NCBI GenBank assembly: GCA_038496445.1
Contig: JALMLS010000376.1
Location: 744,001 to 808,000, forward strand
Reading direction: 5' to 3'
Source of the DNA: Trichosphaerium sp. ATCC 40318
Lineage: Eukaryota; Protista; Tubulinea
DNA: 64,000 bases
This document shows, in pieces, positions 61,556-64,000 of this stretch. Below the pieces are notes generated by a model. That model searched no databases and had not been told where the DNA came from. It worked only from the letters and a program-made list of their open reading frames with translations. Position 1 is the stretch's first letter, and every line of letters starts with the position of its first letter. The translations under genes were made by a program, and so were the position numbers.

Positions 61556-64000
61556 ATGTTAAACCAAGGAGGCGTATGTAGCCTAGGTACATACACCGTA
61601 ATAAATCGAACACAGTTGAATTAGAACAGAACCCTTTTAGAATCCTTTAGGAGTCTAATACTGGCGTAGGCTGTCTGGGTTTATTACTACTCGTATTATT
61701 CGTAAACACCTCTTTCTGCCTTAGGGGTAATGATACCATAGTATTGGGTATGAGCTACCCACATAACTCAACAAATGACTTATGGGTACAGATCTTTTTT
61801 TGTGTTTTGTAGATGTCAAGTGACTGATTTTGTGAGTAGAACAAGCGCGGAGAAGCTCATTTAGCTGGAGTCGAGTTATGGATGAACAGAACGAATGCTA
61901 GAGGAGGTATAACAGTCGCAGGGAAGAACTACACCGTACGCAGAATCAAATATTATTATTTTCTAATATTCGTCGAATAGATTGCTCTTGAGGCTCTACA
62001 AGATGATTTTACTACCAATGTGGTAGTGAACAATTATAAAATACTTCTTTCAGAACACCCTGAGATTGATTACTTTCTTGGTTAGTGTCTACTGTTATTC
62101 TATCACGTTCTTACTTGCAAAGGTCCTTCCTTGTCTGCAAACAGTATTGCTGTTGCTCGAGAAGTCACAGAGAGTGCTGAAAAGTTACTGATAGGCTTGA
62201 CAGTATCTTCTGATACTTTTGCTCAAAGTGGAAGTCATTCATTTGCGACACTTCCTCAAACTTCAAGGTGTTTTAATTTTTTTGACCGAAACGCTTATTT
62301 GCTTACTTTATTTTTTCGACTTTCTCATGTGACAATGCCATTCCTTCGATCAAACCACTTCGAGACTGTAACCTATATTATTATGGACGATTTAGGAGAG
62401 CTCGCTTGCAATGGATTCACCGACCTTGTACAACGAAAGACTGCTATCAACTTCTTTGATTTTTGATTAGGGACTAGAAAATGGGTTCTCGGAACCCAGT
62501 GTTTTTCGTGTGGAGAATGTCGATTCGCCAACACATGTTCAAAATTGGACAATAGCCCTTGAAGCACGTGATAAACATTCTATTTTTAGAATACTTACAA
62601 CAATTCAACAGGAAATTATTGGGCTAAACAGCGATGTGCTATTTGCTTGTGGAGCTGCTCCTCAAGCTGCTGTTAATTTCATGCTGCCAAAAATGAGGTT
62701 GGCGGATTGGACACCAAAGGCGTTCTTCTCATTGCCTTTTGGGTCATGGACAGCATGGGATGTACAAGACAGAGCGTATATTAGTGGTGTTAGAGGTGTA
62801 TGTCATAGCATCTATCTGTTGTGTTTTGTTTAGCATTCTGACGTAATTATTTAGACCAGTATCAAGTCAAGGCGCAAAGGCCAATACTTCGGTACTCTAC
62901 GGGATTACATAGAGTTGTTGGTACTATCACATCCACACGTTGAGGGCGATAATCGTATGACAGCATCTGTAGTTTCAATGGCTTGCACTGTTCTTGAAGC
63001 AGCTTTAAATGTAAGTCCGTATTTTTGTGCTTGACTAAACAACAAACTCTAGGCGAGCAACAGTGTCGAAACAGAAGATGTGATAGCATCCCTTAAAACA
63101 GTTGATATCAATACTTTTTTGGGTAGAGTATGTCTCACTTAACAGCAGTACTTTAAGCAACGTAGCATACTAATATTGTTTACTAGCTTCGATATTCGCC
63201 AAAGAATGAGCAACTTGCTGATGGTACAATGGCTCAGCTTATAAATGGCTCTGACGAAGTTGTGGGACCTCTTTTAAGTGCTTCAGCTCGATTTATTGTT
63301 CCAATGCCAACATGGAAAGAAAGAATATTTAAGGAAACGTTTGGTACTGTAACATGATCTGTAAACACTGACGTATTTAATGAAGGTGAAAGCCCGTATG
63401 AAATAGCTGTGATTGTAGCTGTTATTGTTGCTTTCGCACTGACAATGTGCTTTGCTGTATATATCATAGCGTACAAACAAAGTCTTAAGTGTACGTACTC
63501 AGCAACCTTCTGAAAAAAAGAGGTGAAATCAATACAAGCCAATTCACTTTTGTGTAGATTCTTCTCCAGTGTTCATGATTGGTATTCTCATTGGAGCAAA
63601 CCTGATATTCTTCAGTACTCTCTTTGGATCTCCCAATAATAGTCAAACCTATGCATGTCACATACACGACTGGTTTCTATTTTTAGGAGTCAATCTTATG
63701 TTTGGGCACGTGTTTTCAAGCGTTTACTTTCACAGTGTTTTATTTATCCTTATTTTTAGCTGTTTGTTCGCTAAATCATGGCGTGTCTATTTCCTTTTTA
63801 AAGCTTCTAAGTTTTTAAAACCTATCAAGATAACAGATTTACAAGTTGCAACTTATGTTGCATTGTTCTGTACTCTTTGTATTGTATCCTCACTACTTTT
63901 TTACTCGTTTGAAGATTTCAACCAGTTTAACGATACACTCCTTCACATACAAAAGGCGTTATGCTCAGCGTTTAGTATACTTCTCAAGCCATCACAGATT
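61556..64000 (+). CDS. Class C (GABA-B/Grl-like) GPCR with periplasmic-binding-protein ectodomain; truncated by window end
   Basis: Signal LGLLLLVLFV; GVELWMNRTNARGGITVAG; TM1 IAVIVAVIVAFALTMCFAVYII; LFAKSWRVYFLF...IKITD 7TM_3 signature. Confidence 0.88.

Overview
AT-rich (roughly 35% GC by eye), gene-dense, intron-rich eukaryotic nuclear DNA read with the standard code. Introns are short (mostly 30-70 nt), GT(ACGT/ATGT/AAG)...CTAAY...YAG, with occasional GC donors. The gene mix (RING-TRAF-MATH, Zn2Cys6 factor, class C GPCR, CCT-like factor, capping-protein-interaction motif protein) points to a free-living amoeboid protist, most likely Amoebozoa (inference). About 28 genes were reconstructed by hand-splicing; some start codons and exon edges are approximate. 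No tRNA, rRNA, CRISPR array or intact transposon was seen. Highlights: (1) a gene encoding six ~65-70 aa Trp/Pro-rich repeats with repeat-phased introns fused to a PD-(D/E)XK/Vsr-like nuclease domain, followed by a small structured candidate ncRNA; (2) three dispersed F-box-like + MORN-variant repeat genes with intron-free bodies and variable repeat number; (3) a mosaic, apparently gene-converted pseudogene copy of an FAD-oxidoreductase/NmrA fusion gene; (4) several unusual domain fusions; (5) strong over-representation of CACGTG.
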